A stretch of DNA of 15,112 nt from Clostridia bacterium. GTDB taxonomy: Bacteria; Bacillota; Clostridia; TANB77; RGIG9151. Made by a program: the position numbers and the translations under genes. Shown in pieces: positions 1 through 7,949 of the stretch (position 1 is its first letter; each line of letters begins with the position of its first letter). The stretch covers positions 1-15,112 of the forward strand of contig JAEEXS010000031.1 in assembly GCA_016287855.1 (NCBI GenBank). Reading direction: 5' to 3'. Under the pieces are notes generated by a model that saw only the letters and a program-made list of their open reading frames with translations, was not told where the DNA came from and searched no databases.

Positions 1-549
1 AGCTACTATACTGTATCTTACATTTTTATTGAAATTAAAACATGGAAAGAGGAGTATATAATTCGTGGTAAGTTTCATGTGAAACTTGGCATTTTTGCTA
101 AATTTGAAATGACGTTTGATGGTATTGAAAAGCTTAGAAAATATTCAGACTATATTGAGTCCTTAGCATTTTTAAAAAATGCGTGTGATGAAAAAATTAG
201 TCCTATATTGAATGATAAAAATGAGCTTGCATTTTTATATTCTGATGAGTATATAACTGAAGAAAATATAGGCGACGTGCTAGACGAGGTAAAAGAAGCA
301 AAAGCTTCAGAATATAAAAATATTAATGAAGAAATAAAAAGATTATATGAAGATATAGAAGAAACAGATAATAAAATAAAAGATAGAAAGCAACAAATAA
401 AGAATATGGAGATAAAAATAAGAGAAGCACAAGATGCATCTAAAAATATTTTCTCTGCAATTCATTATTTAACAGTAACGCATAATAATTCTATAGCTAA
501 TAGGATTAAGAGAATCTTTAAGAAAGAACAATTAAAGTTAAATTCTTAG
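1..549 (+). CDS. Hypothetical protein with C-terminal coiled coil; 5' end uncertain and possibly truncated by the window edge
   Basis: The frame-1 ORF ends at TAG 547-549. The tracked start is GTG at 79, but there is no in-frame stop between nt 1 and 79, so the gene may continue upstream of the window. An SD-like AAAGAGGAG at 46-54 has no ATG/GTG/TTG in this frame at a usable spacing (only ATT at 61). The C-terminal ~70 aa are heptad-like and K/E/I/N-rich (EEIKRLYEDIEETDNKIKDRKQQIKNMEIKIREAQ). No family recognised. Confidence 0.5.
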   Translation, partial: SYYTVSYIFIEIKTWKEEYIIRGKFHVKLGIFAKFEMTFDGIEKLRKYSDYIESLAFLKNACDEKISPILNDKNELAFLYSDEYITEENIGDVLDEVKEAKASEYKNINEEIKRLYEDIEETDNKIKDRKQQIKNMEIKIREAQDASKNIFSAIHYLTVTHNNSIANRIKRIFKKEQLKLNS

Positions 550-556
550 AGAAAGG

Positions 557-1282
557 ATGAATACATACATGAAAAACAAAAGAAACGAAATTTACGAATT
601 AAAAGAAAATATATATTCTTCCAATATTGAAAAAAGTAAGCTTAATGAAAAATTGTTTTCATTAAAAGAGAATGCTAAGAAAGTTGAAGAAGGATATAAT
701 TCATATAAAGAAATTTCAGATAAAGTAGATAATATAAAAACAATAAAAGACGTTATGAGTTTCAAAAACATCACATTAAAAACGAAAATTCCTGGAAAGA
801 GAGCTTCTAATTCAAAGGCTGTAACAATAAAATCTGAAAATCCTCCAACACCCGAATTTATTGCATTAAGCGAATTAAAAGATTCTTTTAACAAGCTTCA
901 TTATAACGATAAAACTACTTTGGAAGAAAATAAAGCTTATACAGCTACAGATTGCAAGGAACTTATGTCTAAAAATGTTTCAAATTCTAATATTACTTTA
1001 TATGCAGCTTTGTCAGATGATGACAAATATCAACTTCAAACTTCTTTTTGTGAAAATATGATAATAGGCTATCCTACATTAGAAAAATTAAGAGAAAAAA
1101 CTCCTATAGATAATGATATTATGGTTATTGACGTTATGAAAAATGCACATTACATACCTACTATGACGAACGATGGTGGATTTTGTGCTTTGCTTGGTGG
1201 AGATATGGAGATAATTTATAAAGAAAAAGTTAATACTGGTGATAAAAAAATAGATGTTTGGCATATTAGAAAAAAATCATAA
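557..1282 (+). CDS. Hypothetical protein: N-terminal coiled coil plus uncharacterised C-terminal globular domain
   Basis: 241-aa ORF starting 8 nt after the previous stop. AAAGG at 552-556 is better spaced for the second in-frame ATG at 569 than for ATG 557. The N-terminal ~70 aa are coiled-coil-like (NEIYELKENIYSSNIEKSKLNEKLFSLKENAKKVEE). The C-terminal ~130 aa have mixed composition and two Cys. An intrinsic terminator follows directly. No family recognised. Confidence 0.6.
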   Translation: MNTYMKNKRNEIYELKENIYSSNIEKSKLNEKLFSLKENAKKVEEGYNSYKEISDKVDNIKTIKDVMSFKNITLKTKIPGKRASNSKAVTIKSENPPTPEFIALSELKDSFNKLHYNDKTTLEENKAYTATDCKELMSKNVSNSNITLYAALSDDDKYQLQTSFCENMIIGYPTLEKLREKTPIDNDIMVIDVMKNAHYIPTMTNDGGFCALLGGDMEIIYKEKVNTGDKKIDVWHIRKKS

Positions 1283-1293
1283 AGAATAGAGAA

Positions 1294-1325
1294 TGTCTTA
1301 AGGTAGAGCTTAAGGCATTTTTTTT
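1294..1325 (+). terminator. Rho-independent terminator of the two-gene coiled-coil unit
   Basis: TGTCTTAAG (1294-1302) pairs with CTTAAGGCA (1309-1317), giving 9 bp with one G-U. The loop is GTAGAG, followed by a run of 8 T (1318-1325), 12 nt after the stop codon. Confidence 0.75.
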
Positions 1326-1443
1326 ATGTATAAAGTAAAAAAATCAAAAATTTTTCCGATATACTCTTTGCAAACATAAGTGTAATGAAATTTTAAATTA
1401 ACATTGAGGTATATTTATTAAGGGATTAGTTAGGGGGATTAAA

Positions 1444-2661
1444 ATGAAAGAAATTTTAAATAAGGGAGTAGGTTTTTTATTAGTATTCTTATTAGTGATT
1501 GGAAATATTTCTTTTGCAGAAGGACTTGATTTAGAGGCTCTTAAGAATGCACCGCTTCCTGATGCGCAAAAAGCAGCTTACCTTACCCAATATGGCTATG
1601 ATGCAAACGCAGTTATGGCAGGATGGAATAATCCAGCAGGTGAAGAAATTCCAGGAGAAGATATAGTTCCAGAAGAACTTCCAGCAGAAGCCACAGCGGA
1701 GCCTCCAGCTGAAGTTCCAACAGAAAAAGATGATCAAGCAGAGATGAATTATTATGTAAATTTTGGAAAACCATTAATGGGATTTAAAAGTGGCATGAGT
1801 GATGAGGATAAGGAGAAATGGGAAAATATCGGTGGCAAGTATGAAAAAGGGGATATAAGTTGGAATAAGGATACTAATTCATTTAGACAGACAGGAAATT
1901 TTTCTAGTTACATTGATGAAGATGGAAACCTTAATGGATGGTTATATGCTGCTAATGGAATAGGTGGATATGTTGCAGTATTTAATGGGGAAGTTATGGA
2001 ATCAGATCTTAGACCTGATACGGTTTACTATGATCCTAGTGGTAAAGCTTATGTTATAGGTGAAGATGGGAAATTGAAATTAGATGGAGAAGTATTATGG
2101 GTTAGATATGGAGAGTATATTGGCCCAAAAATGGGTTACTATCATGATGGAGACTTTTTTTGGAGTACAGATGAAAATGGAAAATTTATGAAATATGACT
2201 ATGCGACAGCTCCTGATTCTGTATTAGAAAGGGCTGGGTATTATCGGGGAGAAAAGAATGGGATTTGGCCTATAGATGATCAATATAGAATGGCTCAAGC
2301 GTTTGAAAATGGAGATATTACTGCAGAAGAGTTTAGCAGAATTCAAGCATTAAAAAATATAGAGGCAATACAACAACGTGCAGAAGAAAAGGTAGAATAT
2401 CCTTTAACGAAGGAAACGCCAGAAGTATTGAGAGTTGGAAAAGATATTACTGTTGCAGAAGCAGATCAAATGGTATTTAAAAATAGAAGGGATAAAGCAG
2501 GAAATATTGATTTTGATCGAGTACAGGATATGATAGAAGAAGGAGAAATTACTTTAGAGGTGGTTAATGGAGCAGACGGAAAAGTAATAAGGGTGGAGAT
2601 ACCACTAAAAGCAATAAGTAAATTGGCTAAATTGTTGGTACAAATCCGAATAGCCGAATAA
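1444..2661 (+). CDS. Secreted protein of unknown function (signal peptide, Pro/Glu-rich linker, aromatic/Gly-rich hairpin-like repeats)
   Basis: Strong SD GGGGGA at 1433-1438, 5 nt before ATG 1444. The N-terminus MKEILNKGVGFLLVFLLVIGNISFAEG looks like a Sec signal peptide. An acidic P/E-rich linker follows (EEIPGEDIVPEELPAEATAEPPAEVPTEKDD). After that come repeated segments such as DEDGNLNGWLY, VYYDPSGKAYVIGEDGKLKLDG and YYHDGDFFWSTDENGKFMKYDY, loosely like cell-wall/glucan-binding YG-type repeats. The gene has its own terminator. Confidence 0.75.
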   Translation: MKEILNKGVGFLLVFLLVIGNISFAEGLDLEALKNAPLPDAQKAAYLTQYGYDANAVMAGWNNPAGEEIPGEDIVPEELPAEATAEPPAEVPTEKDDQAEMNYYVNFGKPLMGFKSGMSDEDKEKWENIGGKYEKGDISWNKDTNSFRQTGNFSSYIDEDGNLNGWLYAANGIGGYVAVFNGEVMESDLRPDTVYYDPSGKAYVIGEDGKLKLDGEVLWVRYGEYIGPKMGYYHDGDFFWSTDENGKFMKYDYATAPDSVLERAGYYRGEKNGIWPIDDQYRMAQAFENGDITAEEFSRIQALKNIEAIQQRAEEKVEYPLTKETPEVLRVGKDITVAEADQMVFKNRRDKAGNIDFDRVQDMIEEGEITLEVVNGADGKVIRVEIPLKAISKLAKLLVQIRIAE

Positions 2662-2682
2662 GATATTTGAGACAATTAACAC

Positions 2683-2712
2683 AAAAAGAGCGGTTTACAA
2701 CCGTTCTTTTTT
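2683..2712 (+). terminator. Rho-independent terminator downstream of the secreted-protein gene
   Basis: AGAGCGGTT (2687-2695) pairs with AACCGTTCT (2699-2707), 9 bp including one G-U. It has a short loop, a 5' A-run and a T-run at 2707-2712. It lies 22 nt after the stop at 2659-2661. Confidence 0.7.
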
Positions 2713-2722
2713 GTGCTAAAAT
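2694..2722 (+). promoter_or_regulatory. Candidate sigma-A promoter for mtaB, overlapping the preceding terminator
   Basis: The -35 is TTTACA (2694-2699). A 17-nt spacer is followed by a TG-extended -10, TGcTAAAAT (2714-2722). The SD GGTGAG (2732-2737) and ATG 2742 lie just downstream. Confidence 0.35.
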
Positions 2723-2741
2723 ATTCCAGATGGTGAGAAGT

Positions 2742-4019
2742 ATGAAAAAAGTTGCCTTTTATACATTAGGCTGTAAAGTAAATCAATATGAAACAGACTC
2801 TATGAAAGCTATTTTTACTAAAAATAGCTTTATTGTTGTTGATTTTAATGAAAATGCAGATATTTATGTTATAAATACTTGTACAGTAACAGCTATGGGA
2901 GATAAAAAATCTAGACAAACTATTAATAACGCAAAGAAAAATAATCCTAATGCGATAGTAGTTGTTACGGGATGTATGGCGCAAGATAGCAAAGGAAAAA
3001 TAGAAGGAGCAGATATAATTATAGGAAATAATGATAGAAAAAATATAGTGAATATTATAAATAAATATAATGGAGAAAAATTAGTTGAGATTGATGATAT
3101 AAAGAACGATAGAATGTTTTGGAGTGTAGAAGATAATGTGCCTGAAGATAGGACTAGAGCATATATAAAAATACAAGATGGATGCGATAGATATTGTTCG
3201 TATTGTATAATTCCTTATGTTAGAGGTCCAGTTCGTAGCAGAAAATTAGAAGATATAATAATGGAAGTAAATGAAAAGGTGCAAAATGGTTTTAAAGAAA
3301 TTGTATTGATAGGAATACACCTTGCTTCGTATGGCAAAGATCTTAAAAATATAACTTTAATAGACGTTTTAGAAAAGTTAGATAAGATAGAAGGATTACA
3401 AAGAATTAGATTAGGCTCTCTTGAACCATTATTTATAAATGAAGAAAATATAGAAAGATTAAAAAAAATGGATAAAGTTTGTAAACATTTTCATTTGTCG
3501 CTTCAAAGTGGGTGTACAGAAACTTTAAAACGTATGAATAGAAGATATACAGCAGAAGAATATGAGGAAAGAGTAAATATGATAAGAAAAGCTTTCCCTT
3601 ATGCTTCTATAACTACAGATATAATTGTGGGTTTTCCGGGCGAAACGGAAGAAGAGTTTTTAAAGACTTATGAGTATCTAAAAAGAATAAAACTAAACAG
3701 GATGCATGTTTTCCCTTATTCTATACGCAAGGGTACATTGGCTGAGAAGATGCCGATGCAAATTGAGAAAAATATTAAAAATGAAAGAGCTAAAAGCCTT
3801 ATTGAATTATCTTTAAAAAATGAAATTGAATTTGCAAATAAATTTATAAACAAAGAAGTAGATGTATTACTTGAGAAGGGAAAAAAGGGGAAATATAGAC
3901 AAGGTTATACAAGAGAGTATGTAAAAGTTTTGTTTGAAGGTGGAAAAGCTGGAGAGCAGTTTATAGGAATAGGGAAAAATGTTACTGATGAAGGAGAGCT
4001 TGTAGTTGAAAAAAGTTAG
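2742..4019 (+). CDS. mtaB: tRNA (N6-threonylcarbamoyladenosine37-C2)-methylthiotransferase MtaB (radical SAM, MiaB-like)
   Basis: The N-terminus MKKVAFYTLGCKVNQYE..YVINTCTVT..GDKKSRQ matches the UPF0004 domain of B. subtilis YqeV/MtaB. The radical-SAM motif CDRYCSYC (CxxxCxxC) is present, as is VGFPGETEEEF..HVFPYS and a C-terminal TRAM-like tail. I moved the start from the tracked 2667 to ATG 2742, because the first 25 codons span the upstream terminator and 2742 has an SD. Confidence 0.9.
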   Translation: MKKVAFYTLGCKVNQYETDSMKAIFTKNSFIVVDFNENADIYVINTCTVTAMGDKKSRQTINNAKKNNPNAIVVVTGCMAQDSKGKIEGADIIIGNNDRKNIVNIINKYNGEKLVEIDDIKNDRMFWSVEDNVPEDRTRAYIKIQDGCDRYCSYCIIPYVRGPVRSRKLEDIIMEVNEKVQNGFKEIVLIGIHLASYGKDLKNITLIDVLEKLDKIEGLQRIRLGSLEPLFINEENIERLKKMDKVCKHFHLSLQSGCTETLKRMNRRYTAEEYEERVNMIRKAFPYASITTDIIVGFPGETEEEFLKTYEYLKRIKLNRMHVFPYSIRKGTLAEKMPMQIEKNIKNERAKSLIELSLKNEIEFANKFINKEVDVLLEKGKKGKYRQGYTREYVKVLFEGGKAGEQFIGIGKNVTDEGELVVEKS

Positions 4020-4064
4020 GACCTATGATAAAATAACCACGTAAATTTTTGAAAGGATGATAAC

Positions 4065-5126
4065 ATGTATAATAAGTTAAAGGCAGTTGAAGAGAGATAT
4101 GAGGAATTAACGGAGAAGATAAGCGATCCAGCCATTATTGAACAACAATCATTGTGGCAAAAACTTATGAAAGAAAGAGCAGAAATAGAAGAAATTGTTG
4201 AAAAATATAGAGAATTTAAGCAAATTAGAACAGATATAGATAGCGCGAAAGAGTTACTTAATGACAGAGAACTTCATGAGCTCGCTCAAATGGAAATATT
4301 AACAGGAGAGGAAAAACTTATAAAAATTGAAGAAGAATTAAAAATATTATTATTACCGAAAGATCCTAATGATGAGAAAAACGTTATAGTTGAAATTCGA
4401 GGTGGAGCTGGTGGAGAAGAAGCTGCATTGTTTGCTGGTACTTTATTTAGAATGTACACAATGTATGCAGAAAGAAAAAGATGGAAAGTTGAAATATTAA
4501 ACGAAAATCCTACTGGTCTTGGCGGATATAAAGAAATTAGTTTTATGATTACTGGTAAAGGTGCATATAGTAGATTAAAATTTGAAAGTGGCGTTCATAG
4601 GGTTCAAAGAGTGCCTGAAACTGAAACTAATGGTAGAATACATACTTCTACAGTTACAGTTGCAGTTTTACCTGAATTAGAAGATGTGGATATTGAGATA
4701 AATCCAACTGATTTAAAAGTAGATACATATCGTTCTAGTGGAGCAGGCGGACAACATGTAAATAAAACAGAATCTGCAATTAGAATTACACATATTCCAA
4801 CTGGAATAGTTGTTGCTTGCCAAGAAGAACGTTCTCAAATTCAAAATAGAGAACGAGCTATGACTATGCTTAGAGCAAAATTATTTGAAAAGCAAGAAGA
4901 AGAAAGAATGAAAAAGCAGGCAAGCGATAGAAAAATGCAAGTTGGAACGGGAGATAGAAGCGAAAAAATTCGTACCTATAACTATCCACAAGGTAGAATT
5001 ACAGACAATAGAATAAACTTTAGTATGTTTCAAATGGATAGTTTTATGAACGGAGATTTAGATGAGATGATAGATGCATTAATTACAGCAGATAGAGCAA
5101 TTAAACTATCTTCGGAAAATGCATAG
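4065..5126 (+). CDS. prfA: Peptide chain release factor 1
   Basis: Contains the RF1-type tripeptide in [18 protein letters not shown] (PxT, not the SPF of RF2) and the GGQ motif in [24 protein letters not shown]. Full length is 353 aa. SD GAAAGGA lies 7 nt before ATG 4065. Confidence 0.97.
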   Translation: MYNKLKAVEERYEELTEKISDPAIIEQQSLWQKLMKERAEIEEIVEKYREFKQIRTDIDSAKELLNDRELHELAQMEILTGEEKLIKIEEELKILLLPKDPNDEKNVIVEIRGGAGGEEAALFAGTLFRMYTMYAERKRWKVEILNENPTGLGGYKEISFMITGKGAYSRLKFESGVHRVQRVPETETNGRIHTSTVTVAVLPELEDVDIEINPTDLKVDTYRSSGAGGQHVNKTESAIRITHIPTGIVVACQEERSQIQNRERAMTMLRAKLFEKQEEERMKKQASDRKMQVGTGDRSEKIRTYNYPQGRITDNRINFSMFQMDSFMNGDLDEMIDALITADRAIKLSSENA

Positions 5127-5138
5127 AAAGAAGGATTT

Positions 5139-6014
5139 ATGAAATTTAAATATTTGTTTTTAATATTAGTACTTTTTGCCGTAGGATGTACTAATAAAGT
5201 AGAAGTAGCAGAAGATAATACTTTTAATATTGTTACTTCTTTTTATCCTATTTATATATTTACTGAAAATGTTGTTAAAGATATACCGGGCGTCAGTGTT
5301 ACAAACATGACCCAAAATCACGTAGGTTGTATTCATGACTATAGTTTAACGACAACAGACATGAAGCTAATTAGTAGGGCGGATGCTTTTATTATAAATG
5401 GAGTTGGGCTTGAAAGTTTTTTAGAAAAAGCATATGAGACTAAAAATGATTTGGAAGTTATTGATTCAAGCAAAGGAATAGAAATACTAAAAGAGAATTT
5501 TTCAGATGGAGATAATGAACATATTTGGCTTAGTATTTCTAATGCAATTTCCCAAGTAAGAAACATTTGTGATAGTTTAGTAAAATTAGATGAGAAAAAC
5601 GCGGATAGATATATTGAAAATACTAATGCATATGTAGAAAGATTAGAGAATTTAAGAAACGAGTTAAGAGAAGAATTATATGGATGTACTGATGTAAAAA
5701 TGATTACTTCTCATGATGCTTTTTCTTATTTAGCAGATGATTTTGGATTTGAAATTGTTGCCGTTATTGAGAAAGAAGAAGGAGTTTCACCTACATCTAA
5801 AGAAATACAAGAAATACTAGATATTATAAAGGAATATGAAATAAAAAGTATATTTATAGAAGAAGATACTTCTACAAAAATTATTGATACTATTTCAAAT
5901 GAAAGTGGAGCAAAGGTCACAATATTAGATGCTATTACTAGTGGAAGTGGCGATAGCTTAGATTATGAAAATAGAATGAGAAAAAATATAAAGGCTATAA
6001 AGGAGAGTTTATAA
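5139..6014 (+). CDS. Metal (probably Zn2+) ABC transporter substrate-binding lipoprotein, ZnuA/AdcA/TroA cluster A-I family
   Basis: Lipoprotein-type signal MKFKYLFLILVLFAVGC. Family motifs are IHDYSLTTTD, NEHIWLS and TSHDAFSYLADDFGF. The His rather than Glu in the third motif suggests a three-His zinc-type site. SD GAAGGA precedes ATG 5139. Confidence 0.85.
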   Translation: MKFKYLFLILVLFAVGCTNKVEVAEDNTFNIVTSFYPIYIFTENVVKDIPGVSVTNMTQNHVGCIHDYSLTTTDMKLISRADAFIINGVGLESFLEKAYETKNDLEVIDSSKGIEILKENFSDGDNEHIWLSISNAISQVRNICDSLVKLDEKNADRYIENTNAYVERLENLRNELREELYGCTDVKMITSHDAFSYLADDFGFEIVAVIEKEEGVSPTSKEIQEILDIIKEYEIKSIFIEEDTSTKIIDTISNESGAKVTILDAITSGSGDSLDYENRMRKNIKAIKESL

Positions 6015-6740
6015 GTGAAATTAGTACTAAGAAAATGTAATTTGTGTTGTACTAAAATAAATAATTTCTCTGTTAAAAAAGGAGACCTAGTCATATTAGA
6101 AGATATAAATCTACATATTCATTGTGGAGATTTAACTGCTATAATAGGGCCTAATGGAGCAGGTAAAAGCACGTTGCTTAAGGCTATTTTAGGAGAAATT
6201 CCTCATGACGGGACATTATCTTTTGTTGATGAAAAAGATAAAAAAACAAGAGAACCCAATATTGGCTATGTTCCGCAGACTTTGGAATTTGATAAAACAG
6301 CACCCATTACAGTTAGGGATTTATTTAATGTTACTTATTCTAAGTTTCCAATATGGGTTAATCGAGATAAAGAAGTAAATAATATTGCAAACGAGGCACT
6401 TAACAAGGTAGAAGCGAAGGATTTATTAGATAAAAAATTAGGCAATTTGTCAGGAGGAGAACTTCAAAGAGTAATGCTTGCACTTTCATTAAATCCGATG
6501 CCAGATATATTACTCTTAGATGAACCTGTATCTGGGGTAGATAGACGAGGTATGAATTTATTTTACGAAACGGTTTCAAAACTAAGAAAGGATTATGATC
6601 TTACAATTATTTTAATTTCTCATGATTTTGATGCAGTAAAAAAATATGCTAATAAAGTTATATTGTTAGATAGAAAAATTCTAAAACAAGGAAAACCAGA
6701 TGAAGTTTTTAACAGTAAAGAGTTTAAAGATACTTTTTAA
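6015..6740 (+). CDS. Metal ABC transporter ATP-binding protein (ZnuC-like)
   Basis: Walker A GPNGAGKST, ABC signature LSGGELQR, Walker B ILLLDEP and H-loop SHD are all present. The GTG start at 6015 immediately follows the upstream TAA (6012-6014), indicating translational coupling. Confidence 0.9.
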   Translation: MKLVLRKCNLCCTKINNFSVKKGDLVILEDINLHIHCGDLTAIIGPNGAGKSTLLKAILGEIPHDGTLSFVDEKDKKTREPNIGYVPQTLEFDKTAPITVRDLFNVTYSKFPIWVNRDKEVNNIANEALNKVEAKDLLDKKLGNLSGGELQRVMLALSLNPMPDILLLDEPVSGVDRRGMNLFYETVSKLRKDYDLTIILISHDFDAVKKYANKVILLDRKILKQGKPDEVFNSKEFKDTF

Positions 6741-6754
6741 GGAGATGAATTAAT

Positions 6755-7885
6755 TTGAAAAAACCAATTACTTTAGCAATAGTCACAGTTTGTTTAATTT
6801 CTTTATCAGTTATATTTTATTATAAAAAGACAGATTTCTCTAATGGAAATACAGAAGTAATTTCTAGAGAAAAAAACATAGAAATTGAGGAAAGCACGGA
6901 AAAGAATAATTGGTTTAGTTTTTTAAAAAAGGACAAAAATGAAGAAAGTAAGGAAACGAGTGATACAATAGAGGTAGATGTGACTCCTCAAAAAGATTTA
7001 TCAGTATGTAATGAAAATGGGAATATTATGGTTTTGATGTATCATAAATTTGCAGAAAAATCCACAGACGCATGGACAAGGAGCTTTTCGGATTTCAAAA
7101 AAGATTTAAAAACTTTATATGAGAAAAATTACTATCCAATAAATATGAATGATTATATAGAGGGAAATATAGATGTCCCTTATGGAAAAACGCCAGTCAT
7201 TCTTACTTTTGATGACGGCACAGCAGGACAACTTAGCTTTGAATGGGTTGATGAAAAGTTTTCTGTAAAAGAAAATACAGCAGTAAAAATATATCAAGAT
7301 TTTGTTGATGAACATCCAGATTTTCCGATGAAGGGAACTTTTTATATAATGTCTACAAATTTCTTTGGAGCAAAAGGTACCTTTAGACAAAGGCTAGAAA
7401 AGTTGGTTTCTTTTGGATTTGAAATTGGAAATCAAACTCAAAATCATTATCCACTACAAAAAGCAGGATCGGCAGAAAAAGTAATAGAAGAGGTTGGAGG
7501 ACTTGCAAAATTTGTTGATGAGCAAATACCTGGATATAAAATAAGTTCATTTTCAATACCTGGTGGAACAATGACCCAAAAATATGCTAATCAGGTATAT
7601 GCGGGTGAATATAAAGGTTTTAAATATGAAAACAAAGGGATTGTATTATTATATAGTTCAAAACCAGCATTATCGCCTATAAATAAAGACCTTGATTTAA
7701 AAAAAATTCCTAGAATAAGAGTTGCCGGGAACGAAAAAATTAATAATGATTTTGAATATTGGATAAATTATTTTGATGAACATCCTGAAGAAAGATATAT
7801 AAGTGATGGAGATGTGAATACTTTTGTTATAAATTCAGCAGATAAAGATAAAGTAATAGATAATGGAAAGATTATCATAAAATAA
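6755..7885 (+). CDS. Membrane-anchored polysaccharide deacetylase (NodB-homology) family protein with divergent catalytic motifs
   Basis: TTG start at 6755, 10 nt after SD AAGGAG; the nearby ATG 6745 runs into a stop after 2 codons. There is an N-terminal TM/signal anchor (ITLAIVTVCLISLSVIFYY). NodB motif 1 is LTFDDG (TFDDG = 7205-7219). The motif-2 region reads EIGNQTQNH (7421-7447). Confidence 0.8.
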   Translation: MKKPITLAIVTVCLISLSVIFYYKKTDFSNGNTEVISREKNIEIEESTEKNNWFSFLKKDKNEESKETSDTIEVDVTPQKDLSVCNENGNIMVLMYHKFAEKSTDAWTRSFSDFKKDLKTLYEKNYYPINMNDYIEGNIDVPYGKTPVILTFDDGTAGQLSFEWVDEKFSVKENTAVKIYQDFVDEHPDFPMKGTFYIMSTNFFGAKGTFRQRLEKLVSFGFEIGNQTQNHYPLQKAGSAEKVIEEVGGLAKFVDEQIPGYKISSFSIPGGTMTQKYANQVYAGEYKGFKYENKGIVLLYSSKPALSPINKDLDLKKIPRIRVAGNEKINNDFEYWINYFDEHPEERYISDGDVNTFVINSADKDKVIDNGKIIIK

Positions 7886-7895
7886 TTTTGCGTAA

Positions 7896-7928
7896 CAAAA
7901 AAATGTGGAGCTCGTCCACATTTTTTTA
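7896..7928. terminator. Bidirectional rho-independent terminator shared by convergent genes
   Basis: ATGTGGA (7903-7909) pairs with TCCACAT (7915-7921) around the loop GCTCG. An A-run (7896-7902) and a T-run (7922-7928) flank it, so it can terminate transcripts from both strands. It sits between the stops at 7885 (+) and 7950 (-). Confidence 0.8.
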
Positions 7929-7949
7929 CTTTTTTATGCGCATAAAAAA

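Noticed and set aside
1368-1396. Sigma-A promoter for the secreted-protein gene: TTGCAA at 1368-1373, a 17-nt spacer, then TTTTAA.
   Set aside because: The -10 matches only 3 of 6 positions, and alternative boxes (TATATT at 1410-1415) lack a -35. A promoter must exist in 1326-1430, but I cannot place it.
7931-7948. Perfect 18-bp palindrome TTTTTATGCGCATAAAAA next to the stop of the minus-strand gene.
   Set aside because: It is almost entirely A/T with a GCGC core, giving a marginal hairpin next to the much stronger bidirectional terminator. It may be an auxiliary terminator element or chance symmetry in AT-rich DNA, and there is no second copy in the window to suggest an operator.
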